Source of the DNA: Octopus sinensis
Taxonomy: Eukaryota
Assembly (NCBI RefSeq): GCF_006345805.1
Contig: NC_043010.1
Span: forward strand, 18,600,001 to 18,664,000
Reading direction: 5' to 3'
DNA: 64,000 nucleotides
Positions 38,853 to 52,285 of this stretch are shown here, in pieces. The position numbers and the translations under genes were made by a program. The notes beneath the pieces were generated by a model. The model did not search any database and was not told where the DNA came from. It saw nothing but the letters and a program-made list of their open reading frames with translations. Every line of letters begins with the position of its first letter. The stretch's first letter is position 1.

Positions 38853-39552
38853 CAGTAGTTCTCAGCCAGGGTCCATATGATCCTTAGGTTATCCATAGAA
38901 GATTTTTTTTTTTTATTAAATTTTATCTGCAATAAATTGTTCATACTTCTACAGTATACAAAATATTTTAACAGTTTTTTTTAAAATACAATTTCTAATA
39001 ATATTTAATGATAAAAATATAAAGGGATTTAAAAAAAATATCAATTGAGGGTCCAGTAGGATAACTCAGGGATCTTTTCGGTTTGAACGGCAGTTTTTTC
39101 TAGCGATGTCATATGAAATTGTCACCCATAATTATGACCCTAGTATCGATCTATTGCATTTCAATCTGTTTTCGGGTTAGTTAGGGTTAGGGTTAGGGGT
39201 GAGGGGTGGGGGAAGGGTATCTTTTTTTCTTCACAAATGTAAATAAACCCAATCTGTTTCTTAAACGAGGGACATATTCATACGGCACAGAATGTTTTTT
39301 TTACCTCAATAGATGTCACTGATTGGTTGAAATTGCAGAAACTGAAGAAAAAAACAACAAATATCTTACAAACTATAGAATTTTCTCAATGAATCCAAGA
39401 GAAAAAGATGTTTTATAAACACATTCTACCAGTATACGAAGTTTTAAATTTTTTAGTTACCTAGAAATTATGTTAAAAACTGCCGTTCAAACCGAAAAGA
39501 TCCTAACTTAGGAATCAAATAGGTAAAAAAAAAAAATGTTTGTAAACCGCTG
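38853..39552. mobile_element. hAT (Charlie-like) MITE containing a nested MITE
   Basis: Ends cagtagttctcagcc / gtttgtaaaccgctg; 8-bp TSD gattaagt/gattaagc. Confidence 0.65.
39070..39503. mobile_element. GGATC-TIR MITE with (TTAGGG)n
   Basis: TIRs as at 12713; TSD taactcag/taacttag. Confidence 0.92.
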
Positions 39553-40048
39553 GATTAAGCAAAAGAAAAGAAGGTTGCCTGTACAAATATTGAAGGTTAA
39601 GCGCATGCGTGTACTCTTCCATTATTGTAACAAGTATTTTGCTGAGCGAAATTATGTCATGTGGTATGTCATCATCTTACCTGATGATATAAACAACATT
39701 GTTTACACTCGCCTTCTCGGCTCACTCCTACTTCGTCCCCCCACCTCAACTGCTCACACTATTACTCTACACTTGTTTACCAAAGAGGCTTTAACACACC
39801 AACAATAAACAACACGGTTCTTGTTTCGGGCGCACCCCACCCTACCTCACCCCACCGCCAGTCGTCAAACTACCCAACTCCGCTACCACTGACACCAATT
39901 ACCTCTACTCACTAATTATTTACACTTTTACTCCCCACCACCACACTAATGGTTGTTAATCTATACGTGTTCTATTGATTATAGTCTTGATGAGGGGGAG
40001 AAGAGGAAAAGGCGGTGAGGTCGCCCTACATTTCAACATATATATATA

Positions 40049-40081
<33 letters not shown>

Positions 40082-40779
40082 AATTTAAAATGAGGGTGAA
40101 AAATTAGATATTAACTTAATTAGCATCGATTTCACACCAGTTGTCTAGCATATAAAAAAACTGAAGGTTCAATAAAATTGTATTATATACATAATGTGTA
40201 TGTGTGTATAAATATATATATATATATATATTTGATATCTTTTGTTGCCTTCAACTTCCAGCATACGGTCTCCTGCCTCAAGTCACCTTTCACTGCTTAC
40301 CTCGGGTCTTCTTATAACGCTGATAGGATTTGGGTCAACGCATGCGGGATTGTTTTGTGTGTGTGTATGTGTTTGTGCAGTGCGCTCGCATATGGGAAAA
40401 TGAGCGTATGTGTGTGTGCGTGTGTAGGTCTGTGCATGTCTGTGCGCGTGTGCGCATAGAAAAAGAGAGAAAAATGTATATACATGTATGTGTATCTATG
40501 TTTCTGTGTATGCGTGTGTGTGTGTGTGTGTGTGTCGTTCTGTTTCTGCCCCATCACCGCTTACTAGCCGGTGCTGGTTTGTTTACATCCTGGTAACATA
40601 ACGGTTCGGCAAAATGGAACGATAGAATAAGTACCAATCTTTAAAAAAAAAGAGTTCTGAGTTCCATTTGTTCTACTGAAATTCCCTCAACGCGGTGCTC
40701 CAGCATGGCCGCAGTTCAATGAGTGAAAGAAGAAAAAATGAACGATGATTACATATATATCACTATGACCTACAGTCAG

Positions 40780-41945
40780 ACAGACACCGGAAAATATGGA
40801 ATTCAGAGCTGCCTACATTTAACAAGACCATATCTCAATGCTTTTGCATTGTCAGTGCTAGTACAAACATTTAAAACAATGGACTGGACACTTGACAAAA
40901 CCTGCAGCCTGGACAGTCAGTCTAGACAGCCTTTCAATGTCGTATTGTATATCACTCAGACTACACCCGCTGAACAGTAAAAAAAATGAGGACATTCCAT
41001 GCATGCATCTAGAAAATGAGAGCAGCAAGATCTTCAGAGTTGGAAATGAGCTACTGTACAGGTAGTGTGACAATGGAAATGTTACATGCGACCCAATGGA
41101 GGCTGGACTGGCCTACCTAAACAAAAGCTAGGAGGAGAAGCAAGCATCATGCCAATAAAAAGCAACGCATGGCTATATATCCGGTAAGCCAGAGAGCAAC
41201 TTCGGCATTGACAGGAAAAGTATCTTCTCCTGGACCTGTGATAAAAAATATTATATTCCACCTCGAAGGATATACCTTCGCTATCCAGCAACAAGAGATA
41301 GCTACTAAATACCTGATAAACAAGAAGGACAAAGGTACCACGAAACCCCCACGTTGTGATGAAAAATGTCGATTCTGTTATACCAGTGTGGAAGTTTTCA
41401 TTCACACCATCAGCAGCTGCTCCAACATGTCTACATGTAACCTGTCCCTGAGGCATATAGTTGCGAAGACTACAATGCTATCTGCAGGAAATACTGCCCC
41501 GACTTATACTTCAAAGACACGTCAGAACCAGCATACATCCACACCTTTGAAAGCAAGGAATATTGGTGCAAACATAACAGCCCTGACAGAAATTCAGTGC
41601 AAGCATAACAGACTTGATATTGTTCTGTGGGGGCAGGGGACAAAAGTCAGGCACTGCTGTAGAGGTCAGTTGCCCAGCGGATGTCAATATACAGTCAAAA
41701 GTCCAAGAAAAAGAGAATATTTCTGGCGAATTAATACGGAGCTTACAGCTCTTGTACCCTGACTATGAACTCTCGTTTGTATCTATCATCAAAGGTGTAT
41801 TAGGTTATATACCAACAAATTTGTACAAGGTCTAGAAATACTTGGTTTTTCGAAGAAAGAGCAATTGATGCGGGTTCTCCAAAATCCAAACTATTAACGG
41901 CACAGCAGAAATTTGTGAGACATTCAAAAGATTTTCTTTCTGAGA
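40780..41945 (+). mobile_element. R4/Dong-like non-LTR retrotransposon ORF C-terminus (CCHC knuckle and REL endonuclease), degenerate
   Basis: EGYTFAIQQQEIATKY, CRFC...HTISSC, HNRLDIVLW, VEVSCPADVNI...EKE, IIKGVLGYIP. Confidence 0.85.
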
Positions 41946-42856
41946 TTCTTATGTGAATAGACGCACATACTTGGGTGTATATATATCAACAGTTTAATCA
42001 ACGCACAACTTAACCACATATTTACAAACACCGGGAACTCTCTTAACACAAAAAGTCTTGTCACTTTAAGAGCGACCGGTTTGAACTCTCTTAAGAACTT
42101 AAATAAAACTCAAAGAACACACACGCACAATTTTTTTTTCTCCCCCATCTTTTATTTGTTTCAGTCATTAGACTGCTGCTATGCCGACACAGCCTTGAAG
42201 AATATTTGGTCGAGTGAAACGACCCCGGTACATTTTTAGGCCTGGTACCTATTCTATCGGTTTATTTTACCGAACCGCTAAGTTAAGGGGAAGTAAACAC
42301 ACGAACACCGGTTGTCAAATAGCGTTGGGGACAAACACAAACACTAAGATACACACATGTAAATATATATGCGACGGGCTTCTTTCGGTTTCCGTCTACC
42401 AATCCACTGATAAAGCTTTAGTCGATCCGAGATTACAGTAGAAAATAGTCACTCAAGGTGGGACACAGTGGGACTGAACTCGGAACCATATAGTTAGGAA
42501 ACAAGCTTCTTACCACAAATGGTATCGACCAGACCATCGGATGCTGTTGTACACCGCTTGTCACGATGCCTATCGCATTTGTTTTAGCATTCAAACGATG
42601 ACACCTTCTGATTTGGTGAGCATACCAGCATTCCTCCCGAACGAAACGCCAGTCTGTTGCAGGGTTGGTACCCATTTACACCTGAGTGAACTGGAGTAAC
42701 GTGTAATGAAGTGTTTTGCTCAAAAACGCAACACACAGTCGGCCTGGGAATTGGAACCAAGATCTATGAACTTCATCTTTCTTGTGTACAATGAGCGTCT
42801 TTCCTCTCTTCAGAGCTCCAAACGGTTAAGAAAGAACATGCTTTCGTCCTTGTTTA

Positions 42857-43362
42857 TCTATATATATAAAACTCTAGTTGTGTGAGTGTCTGTCCCCTTC
42901 GATTTAGATTCCTAACTCCTCCCACATTTTGCGGTGCAGTTTAACCAAATTCGGGTATCTTATAGTCGTGATTCATATCGAGCCCGTCTGACTATTAGCG
43001 CGCGTCAACGATGAGTCTACGATTTTAAAAATATTTTAACATCATTTTTTCTTCCATTTTAATGCATAAAATGCATCGTATGTCGATGGCGGCGGAGTTG
43101 GCGTCCATGCTCACAGCTGCACCTGTTTGCTTCTCCCCCTTCCCTCCCTCGTGAAGCTGTGGGGAAGGGAGTGTAAAGAAATCAACGTCGTAATGCGTTG
43201 TGAAGGAAACCAGCGTTCTTTTAGAACAACGACTTCATGGCTTGAAGACACCAAAACAAAAATGGCTAAGAAAGCCCGAATTTATAAGGGAAGTAACTCT
43301 CTAAAAATGCTTATATAGTTATTTCCCTTACAAACCCGAGCAACGCCGGGCGATACTGCTAG
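42857..43362 (+). mobile_element. Non-autonomous Helitron-like element
   Basis: A|TCTATATATATAAAA 5' end; 3' hairpin cccgagcaacgccggg then CTAG|T; inserted at AT with no TSD. Confidence 0.8.
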
Positions 43363-43771
43363 TTATTTATAAGAATTAAAGGAGGAAATCCATAAATCTC
43401 CATCAAATATACGACACTGTGAATTCTGAGAATAAATCATTATTTATCGTAGAATCTAAAGATAACAAAATGTCTTTAAACTACAATACTTGGTTACATG
43501 TAACTTGAGAATGTTATTATGAAGTGAATTACATTACACACTGATAAGGACACAAAATGCTACCCTTTGACTGAGCTGTATGTCGTCAGTTTTTATTTGA
43601 TGCCATGGTTACGATTTCTTGTTGAGTTTTTCCCTCATAGAAGTTAAGTTTTAAATCCACAACTAAGACATTTTCAGTGCCAATCGAACATGACAAATTT
43701 ACTAACCGGACGGTATATCAGGACAGACTCTTCCAGTCGTCATTGTCCTCGCCAAACAGAGACAGACATAC

Positions 43772-43861
<90 letters not shown>

Positions 43862-44433
43862 ACACAATTAACTAGTCAGAAAATCTCTCTAAGAGATGAA
43901 AGTAATAGCTATACTGAGAATTAATGTTGATTGCCACGTCAATATGGCTGATCCATAGCAATCGACATTACTACCGTTTTTAAGTCAGAGGAGGAGAAGC
44001 TTCCTTCCAATGGTTATCGATGCAGTCTGCACCCAATATATATCGCAAGCAGAGGAGCGAACCCCTACCATCTTCAGTACAGTTATTATTTTCATTTCTT
44101 ATGGAGATTTTATAACTGGCTACTTTGCTTGTTGCAAGATGAGTGACTGATTGTCGCTTAGTTTTCTATATATTGCGAGTTGGAGGGAATTACTGCTATT
44201 TCTAGCGAACAGGTGTCCCCAACTGACGAGGGACACAAATAGCCTGAAACCGTACCTTATGAGGATCCTGTTGTCTGCTGGAAGATGATAGGGGTTCGGT
44301 CCCCTGCTTGATATATATATTGGGTGCAGATTGCATAGTTAACCCGCTGGAGGAGGCTCCTTCCGGGGTTAAAAATGGTAGTAACATCGATTCCTATAGA
44401 ACAGCTGTAGTGATGTTGCGATAAACATTACTT

Positions 44434-44464
<31 letters not shown>

Positions 44465-44825
44465 TACAAAATACAAAATACAAAACATCCGGACAACTAG
44501 GTGATTCAAAAGGGGACAACAAAACATCCAGATAGACGATACAAAAAAAACACGGACGGGTCATTCGAAGCCTTTTATCTTCAGTCAAGAACCGGATCAT
44601 CCTCGCAATTTCGGCTGATTAATCTTGAGATTGTTCCAATCTGGCCAGCCCCAAGGAAAAACTAAGCTAAGAGCATTAGATTCCTTGGAAAAAGCATCGA
44701 ATGTATATATACATACGTACGTACGTATGTATGTAAGTATGTATGTATGTATACATATAACAAGTAAAATAACAGTAATGTATAGATTTGTGTATTTTTT
44801 TGTAAATAAATGTGTATGAAATAAA

Positions 44826-45497
44826 TTACAATAGAATTGCCAGGGAGAACTGAGATACTTATCAATGATGGCCTAAAGACACATTGCCACCTGTCACAAT
44901 AAAATAAATTCCATCAAGAGAACAAAATTACAGGGGTAAAAAAAAAACTTATTAAAAGAGTTCGAAAAAATTTTGTCTCTGATATTTAGGCGCGAAAATT
45001 AAAACTATTTTTTAAAACTTTTTTTGATTGTCAACGCCATTCAAAACTAACGTCAAAAATGATTGATTGGAAAAACGTCAATAAGCGTTTTGACAAAGTT
45101 CAAGGACATAGCCGAGTTAGTTCTAAGCAACATTACTACGTATGGTAATGTTAATCGCAAGCATATTTAATTGTAAACGTAGATGTTCTAAGTTCAAATT
45201 CGAAATAGCTATCAGTTCCACACACACATATAGTGTTTGTGTATCTCTGGTTACCTGTCTATTTATCTGTGTACTACCTACCTATTTACCATTTTGCACC
45301 CCTTCTCTGGCTTTCAAACAAAAATGCTAATTGATATGGCGACTGACTGCTTAGTTGTTAAAGGGTCTGTGTACAGATATTACAATAGAATTGCCAGGGA
45401 GAATTGAGATACTTATCAATGATGGCCTAAAGACACATTGCCACCTGTCACAATAAAATAAATTCCTCCAAGAGAACAAAATTACAGGGGTAAAAAA
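44826..45497. repeat. About 118-bp direct repeat pair (44826-44945, 45380-45497)
   Basis: ttacaatagaattgccagggaga...aaattacaggggtaaaaaa present twice, offset 554. Confidence 0.9.
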
Positions 45498-46409
45498 TGC
45501 TATTTAGTTCGTTTGTTAAGTCCTAAATAAATGTAACAACATACGAACATACAACCATTTCTTATTATAAGATACATTTTCTCTACAATTGCCTGTGCAA
45601 TTAAACGTATACTGTTTCGCCCAGAGGCAAAATGAATATTTTGCTGGGTTCTCTGTTTACGATTAAATTTGTTGACTCTCAGACTTGTTTCACTTTATTA
45701 TTCTAAGTGACCACCAAGTACGTAAGAACTAATCTCTTTCAAGAATAAATATGTGTGTGTGTGTCATTGTGTTATATTGGCTCCCAGCCATTTGATAGCC
45801 GGTATTGGTTTGTTTACATCACAGTAACTTAGAAATTCCTCAAAGAGACTGAAAGAATAAGAACCAGGCTTTAATAAAATAGTACTCGGGACGATTTGCT
45901 CGATAAACTTTTCAAAGCGGTTCCTCAGCATGGCCACTGTCGGATGACTGAAACAGGGAAAAGATAGCGAATTATCGAATATATATGTATGTATATAAGA
46001 GTGGCTGTGTGGTAAGAAGCTTGCTTCCCAACCACATGGTTCCGGGTTCAGTCCCACAGCGTGGCACCTTGGGTAACTCGGGCCGACCAAAGCCTTGTGA
46101 ATGGATTTGGTAGAAGAAAACTGATAGAAGCCCGTCGTATATATATTTGTGTGTGTGTGTGTTTGTGTGTGTATTTGTCCCACCCACCATCGCTTTGACA
46201 ACCGATATTGGTGTGTTTACGCCCTCGTTACTTAGCGGCTCGGCAAAATAGGCCGATAGAATAAGTACTAGGCTTACAAAGAATAAGTCCTGGGGTCGAT
46301 TTGCTCAACTAAAAGTGGTGCTCCAGCATGGTCGCAGTCAAATGACTGAAACAATTAAAAAAGTAAAGAGTAAAAAGAATGTGTGTATGTGTATATATGT
46401 ATGTATATA

Positions 46410-48792
46410 TTGTTATATTTCGGAATGGTCATTTTGCCAGTTTAGCCAATAAAAACACATGCACTATATATTTGGTGTTATTTTGCTTCAGTGTTATTTA
46501 TTTTTTACATTAATCTTAATCTTATTTCGGCCAGAGTTCTTTCGTCACACTCCTGTGACTGCATCAGTGGTCCTTTGTTTTCTTCTTTTTTATTTGTGTC
46601 TCTCCTTACTAACCGTCAGCCATTTTGTATTTTTAATGTATGTCTTCATTGCGTCTATGTTTATTTAGTGTGTGTATGTGGGGGATGCCTGTAATATTTG
46701 TATCTTCTGTTTATATACGTTCATGTATTTATGGTATTTATGGCTATCATACCAAGAGTTGGCCTTCCCTATTTTCTTTTTTGTCCTTTCTATAGTGTTC
46801 CATGACTTGTTCCTATAGAGTGGGCAAATCCCATTCCTATCATTACATAATATATTATCAAATTTCTTCATGGCTCCTTTGTATACTCTGATCCTTTCTT
46901 TATGGTTCTAACCTGAGAACTGCATGCGGTGAATGAAATATATGCCCAGGACGAGGGGGCAGCCATCGGCGTTAGTATCGCTGGTGATATGGCCAACCTT
47001 TTCATGGTATGGTGGGACAGAAGGCTTAAAGAACGCCTAACACAGAACTCCATACTCGTAAACATGTACTCTCGCTATGTTGATGATATCAACATAGTGG
47101 TAAAGGCACCCCCACAAAAGAGTAATGTTGATATAGTAATAGAAACTAATACTATGGAGAGCATCCAGCAAATAGCTAACTCCATCCACCAGAGTATTAA
47201 GGTCACAATAAACTACCCCACTAAACACCCCAACCATAGACTACCAGTACTAGACACTGAACTCTGGCTAGAAATTGTGAATAATAAAACCCAAATCCTT
47301 CATTCATACTATGCCAAACCTATGGCCTCAAAATACTTGATCCACCGGAACTCAGCCATTGCGGACAATGCTAAATTCAATATTTTGATGGCAGACCTCG
47401 TCAGAATAATGAGAAATGTGTCACGCATGTGCGAGCCCACAGAGTTAAAGAGACACATACAATATTTCATTCACCGCATGCAGTTCTCAGGTTACAGCCA
47501 TAAAGAAAGGATCAGAGTATACAAAGGAGCCATGAAGAAATTTGATAATATATTATGTAATGATAGGAATGGGATTTGCCCACTCTATAGGAACAAGCCA
47601 TGGAACACTATAGAAAGGACAAAAAAGAAAATAGGGAAGGCCAACTCTTGGTATGATAGCCATAAATACCAGAGTGTCATGTTCGTTGACACCACCCCTG
47701 GAGGTGAACTGGCGTACCGCTTTAGAAGGACCCTAGACAAACTTAAGCTAAGAATTAAGGTTGTTGAAAAGCCAGGCAACCCTATCAAATCTATAATTGG
47801 TAGAACCTATCCTTTTAGTAGAACCCCCTGTACGGATAAGTACTGTACTGTATGTAGATTTAGCCCACAAACAAACTGTAAAGCCAGAAATGTAGTCTAT
47901 AGTATAAGATGTATAGAGGGACGATGCAGTAACAAGACAACGACATACGTAGGGGAAACGGCAAGAAGCATAGGAGGCGGGTAAATGAGCATTGGAGACA
48001 ACTCAAGGAAGATAAAAGCTCATCGATTCTGTACCAACACGCCGAACAGGAATACGGGGGATCAATCAACAATATAGAAATTAAAATATTGTCCACACAT
48101 AGAACAGATGCAACAATCAGACAAATTACAGAAGCTACACACATGATAGAAAATAAACCTAGCCTGAATAGAAAACTAGAATGGAGCACTAGCACACACC
48201 ACAACATATGACGATAGAGGATCCCGAAAACATAATAAATACACAGATAAATAAACAAATAGAAATAAATAACTATATATATATATATATATATATATAC
48301 TGTTTTTTTTCGATTCGATTTATTATTATTATTACTAGTATTGTTGTTATACATACATACAAGCATATGTAATGATAATAATAAGTGGATGTAAACACAT
48401 GAACAAAATAAAAATAAACAAAAACAACAACAACAAAAACAAAATACAAATTACATGAACGTATATAAGCAGAAGATACAAATATTACAGGCATCCCCCC
48501 ACATACACACACTAAATAAACATAGACACACATAGAGATAAAAGCATGTGCAAATGAAGACATACAATAGAAATACAAAATGGCTGACGGTTAGTAAGGA
48601 GAGACACAAATAAGAAAGAAGAAAACAAAGGACCACTGATGCGGTCACAGGAGTGTGACGAAAGAACTGGCCGAAATAAGATTAAGATTAATGTAAAAAA
48701 TAAATAACACTGAAGCAAAATGACACCAAATATATAGTGCGTGTGTTTTTATTGGCTAAACTGGCATAATGACCATTCCGAAATATAACAAT
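46410..48792 (+). mobile_element. 5'-truncated Penelope-like retroelement with inverted 5' segment and hammerhead-like motif in the 3' region
   Basis: 46410-46727 = revcomp of about 48453-48792; 46730-46941 = revcomp of about 47462-47672; RT-EN ORF between. Confidence 0.93.
46938..48211 (+). pseudogene. Penelope-like RT (C-terminal half) plus GIY-YIG endonuclease, one frameshift near 47975
   Basis: YAQDEGAAIG, YSRYVDDI, LPVLDTELW, CTDKYCTVC, NVVYSIRC...YVGETARS; shifted frame continues RVNEHW...LYQHAEQ...RQITEA...LNRKLEW to TGA at 48209-48211. Confidence 0.92.
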
Positions 48793-48852
48793 ACCTATTT
48801 CAACATACGACTTCACGTAAAAAATCTTGCACAACAAATATTTAAACGTATG

Positions 48853-48905
<53 letters not shown>

Positions 48906-49109
48906 GTTTTTATTATTATTTTGTGATTTACTTAATCATCGGTATATTATTGTTATTTTAATTTTAATATTTCTATTATATGTAATTTTCTAGATGGTGT
49001 AATTTAATTGTTCATTTTGAAATGGTAAAAGGTGTTTTTTTTTCTAATTTTTATCTCTATATAAATATTATGTTTTGTGAAATTTGATTTGGTATTTCTA
49101 AATTTAATT

Positions 49110-49891
49110 GGATCTTATCCTTTTGAACGGCACATGTCAATCCAATTTCTAATTAACTAAACACATTTAAACTTCGTATACTGGTAGAAGTGTTTATAAA
49201 ACATCATTTTTTCTTAGCTTTATTGAGAAAATTCTATAGTTTATAAGATATTTCGTCTGAAATTTCGAGCATTTCGGCAATTTTAACCGAATCGCTGACC
49301 TCCATTTGGGGTGAAAACATTCCGTGCTGTATGATTATGTCCCTCGTTTAAGAAACAGATTGGGTTTATTTACATTTGCGAAGAAAAAAAGATACCCTTC
49401 CCCCACCCCTAAACCTAACTCTAAAATAGATTGAAATGCAATAGATCGTTACTAGGATTATAATTATGGGTGACATTTTCATCTGACACCGCTAGGAAAA
49501 AATCCCATTTTCCGTAGCGGTGTCGTATGAAATTGTCACCCATAATTATAACCCTAGTATCGATCTATTGCATTTCAATCTATTTTAGATTTAGGGTTAG
49601 GGGTGGGGGAAGGGTATCTTTTTTTCTTCACAAATGTAAATAAACCCAATCTGTTTCTTAAACGAGGGATACCGCACGGAATGTTTTCACCCCAAATGGA
49701 GGTCAGCGATTGGTTAAAATTGCCGAAATGCTCGATTTTAAAGTGGATATATGTTACAACATATAGAATTTTCTCAATAAAGCCAAGAAAAAATGATGTT
49801 TTATAAACACATTCTACCAGTATACGAAGTTTAAAAGTGTTTAGTTAACTAGAAATTGTGTTGACATGTGCCGTTCAAAAGGAAAAGATCC
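49110..49891. mobile_element. 782-bp palindromic double MITE (variant subfamily of the GGATC-TIR MITE)
   Basis: Two inverted halves meeting near 49505; outer TIRs ggatcttatccttttgaacggcacatgtcaa / ttgacatgtgccgttcaaaaggaaaagatcc; TSD atttaatt on both sides. Confidence 0.88.
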
Positions 49892-49939
49892 ATTTAATTT
49901 TTCCCTGTAAGTTAGGAATAATATTCCCTCAAATAATTA

Positions 49940-50046
<107 letters not shown>

Positions 50047-50109
50047 TTTGAGGGAATATTATTCCTAACTTACAGGGAAAAATTAAATGGATCTTTATAT
50101 ATATATATA

Positions 50110-50202
50110 CTTTATTTAAAAGCAGCAGAAATTCAACAAAACCTATTACTTGGAGTTTCACGTTCCCGTTCGTCGGACAGTTTTGTATATATATATATAT
50201 TA

Positions 50203-50235
<33 letters not shown>

Positions 50236-50475
50236 CTTTATTTAAAAGCAGCAGAAATTCAACAAAACCAGTTACTCTGAGTTTCACGTTGCCGTTCATC
50301 GGACAGTTTTTGCTAGATTCTAGCAAAAACTGACCGATGAACGGCAACGTGAAACTCAGAGTAACTGGTTTTGTTGAATTTTCTGCTGCTTTAAATAAAG
50401 CATATTACTCTACCACTGGTATTTGAGTACTCTTTTTTCCACTTTGTTTCACATTCATGTGTTTACTCCGGTATA
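50110..50475. mobile_element. Cluster of three short hammerhead-bearing repeats (two minus, one plus), the last two forming a palindrome centred at 50318
   Basis: AAAACTGT-CCGAYGA-ACG GNAA CGT-GAAA-CTC A GAG-TA|ACTGGTTTT at 50138-50184(-), 50264-50310(-), 50326-50372(+). Confidence 0.8.
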
Positions 50476-50501
50476 TATATATATATTCATGTGTTTACTC
50501 C

Positions 50502-50554
<53 letters not shown>

Positions 50555-51242
50555 CACACACACACACACATACACATACGTGCAAAGCAAAACGTAAGAG
50601 AAAGAGAGAATGGAGGAACTGACACTCAAATACAAAAGATAGAATTAAATGTTTTGTTTCTCCAAGAATAGAAGTGAGACCAAATGAAATAGAAGGTGAG
50701 AGAGGGGGAGAGGGAGAGAGAGAGAGAAAGAATGGATGAGTGTTGTGGAAGACAATGTATGAAAGATGTCTAAAAGTTAGGTGAATGTAAATGAGGAGCG
50801 ACGGGGACGAGATTTTGAAGGTCATAAAGATACATAGGTTATATATATATATACAGTTTGACATCTGTAGCTTTTTGTTAACGTTTGAGTTTTTTTTGCG
50901 TATGTAAGTGTGTCCTGTACGAACATTTATCTATGTGTGTATATATGTATGTTGCACAGATGTCCTTGAAAATATATATTGTTGTATGTGTGTGCGTACG
51001 TGCATATGTATGTGTGTGCATGTATGTCTTTACACAGGTGCACACATACACGCGCGCGCACACACACACATATTTATGTATGGAGAATTTGGGCGCGAAA
51101 TTAATTCGGTCAGCCCGTCTGTCGTCTGTTAATTCATTGAATGATTTTCATGTTCATAGCGATATACGTTTCCAAAGACGTTCACCTCCATTTCATATTT
51201 CCAATTTCGGTCTCTGCTAGTGTCACCATCTGAAGACATCGT

Positions 51243-51635
51243 TGATCTTTTCGGTTTGAACGGCAGTTTTTTCTAGCGGTGTCATATGAAATTATCACCC
51301 AACCTGTTTTAGGGTTAGGGTTAGTTAGGGTTAGGGGTGGGAGGAAGGGTATCTTTTTTTCTTCACAAATGTAAATAAACCCAATCTGTTTCTTAAACGA
51401 GGGACATATTCATAAGGTACAGAATGTTTTTTTTTACCTCAATGGACGTAATTGATTGGTTAAAATTGCAGAAATTGAAGAAAAAAACAACAAATATCTT
51501 ACAAACAATAGAATTTTCTCAATAAAGCCAAGAGAAAAGATGTTTTATAAACACATTCTACCAGTATACGAAGTTTTAAATTTCTTAGTTACCTAGAAAT
51601 TATGTTAAAAACTGCCGTTCAAACCGAAAAGATCC
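51243..51635. mobile_element. GGATC-TIR MITE with (TTAGGG)n; small internal deletion, left end damaged, no TSD
   Basis: Same TIRs and body as 39070-39503. Confidence 0.88.
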
Positions 51636-52285
51636 TAGAACCTTCCTAATTTGATTAAACAGAACCCAATTTGTCCCTTCTCTCAGTCCTCAAAGCATTC
51701 CCACGTGTCTCCTCTATGAAAAACACTGGTCTTTACAATGAGCATTATATATATATATATGTATGTATGTGTGTGTATGTGTGTGTGTGTGTGGTGTGTG
51801 TGTGTGTGAGTGTGTGTGTGTGTGTGTGTGTGGTGTGTGTGTGTGTGTGTGTGTGTGTGAGTGTATAATTCGTAAACAAGAATATCATTGGCAGTGACTT
51901 CGAAGTTTCGCTCAGCTAACCCATCTTCCGACGGCGATGCGTTGAAATTAATCTTGACATTATATAGCCTCTGTTGAAGCCAAAATTATCTTCAACGCAT
52001 TGCAGTCCGACGATGACTCAGCTGGCTGGAACTTCAAAGCCACTGTCAACAACATTCTCGTTTAAGAATAATAAATTTGTACTCTACAAAAGTATGGGGC
52101 GATATATTCATATTCCATATACGTGTGAGCATATAGCTATAAAACAAGATGGAGATAGTAGTACTCGAATATTAACGATAGAGTAAAATATATTATTTTA
52201 TAGAAGCTGGAAAACTTCACGAATTGTTGCTCCGAGTTTCATGTAACCAATTATCATACTGACTCGAACGTTTGGAACAATACCG

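Noticed and set aside
39175-39215. Telomere or chromosome-fusion scar suggested by TTAGGG repeats
   Set aside because: Only a few units, always internal to the same MITE family.
44224-44257. CTGACGA...GAAACCGTA hammerhead-like string
   Set aside because: No stem I complementarity, and a competing hairpin gtgtccc/gggacac sequesters the core.
44595-44660. GGCTG..CAGCC-GAAA hairpin on the minus strand of a repeat
   Set aside because: No CUGANGA-like segment in the right position.
46929-46937. Start codon of the 351-aa Penelope ORF
   Set aside because: These codons come from the inverted segment; the true ORF is 5'-truncated.
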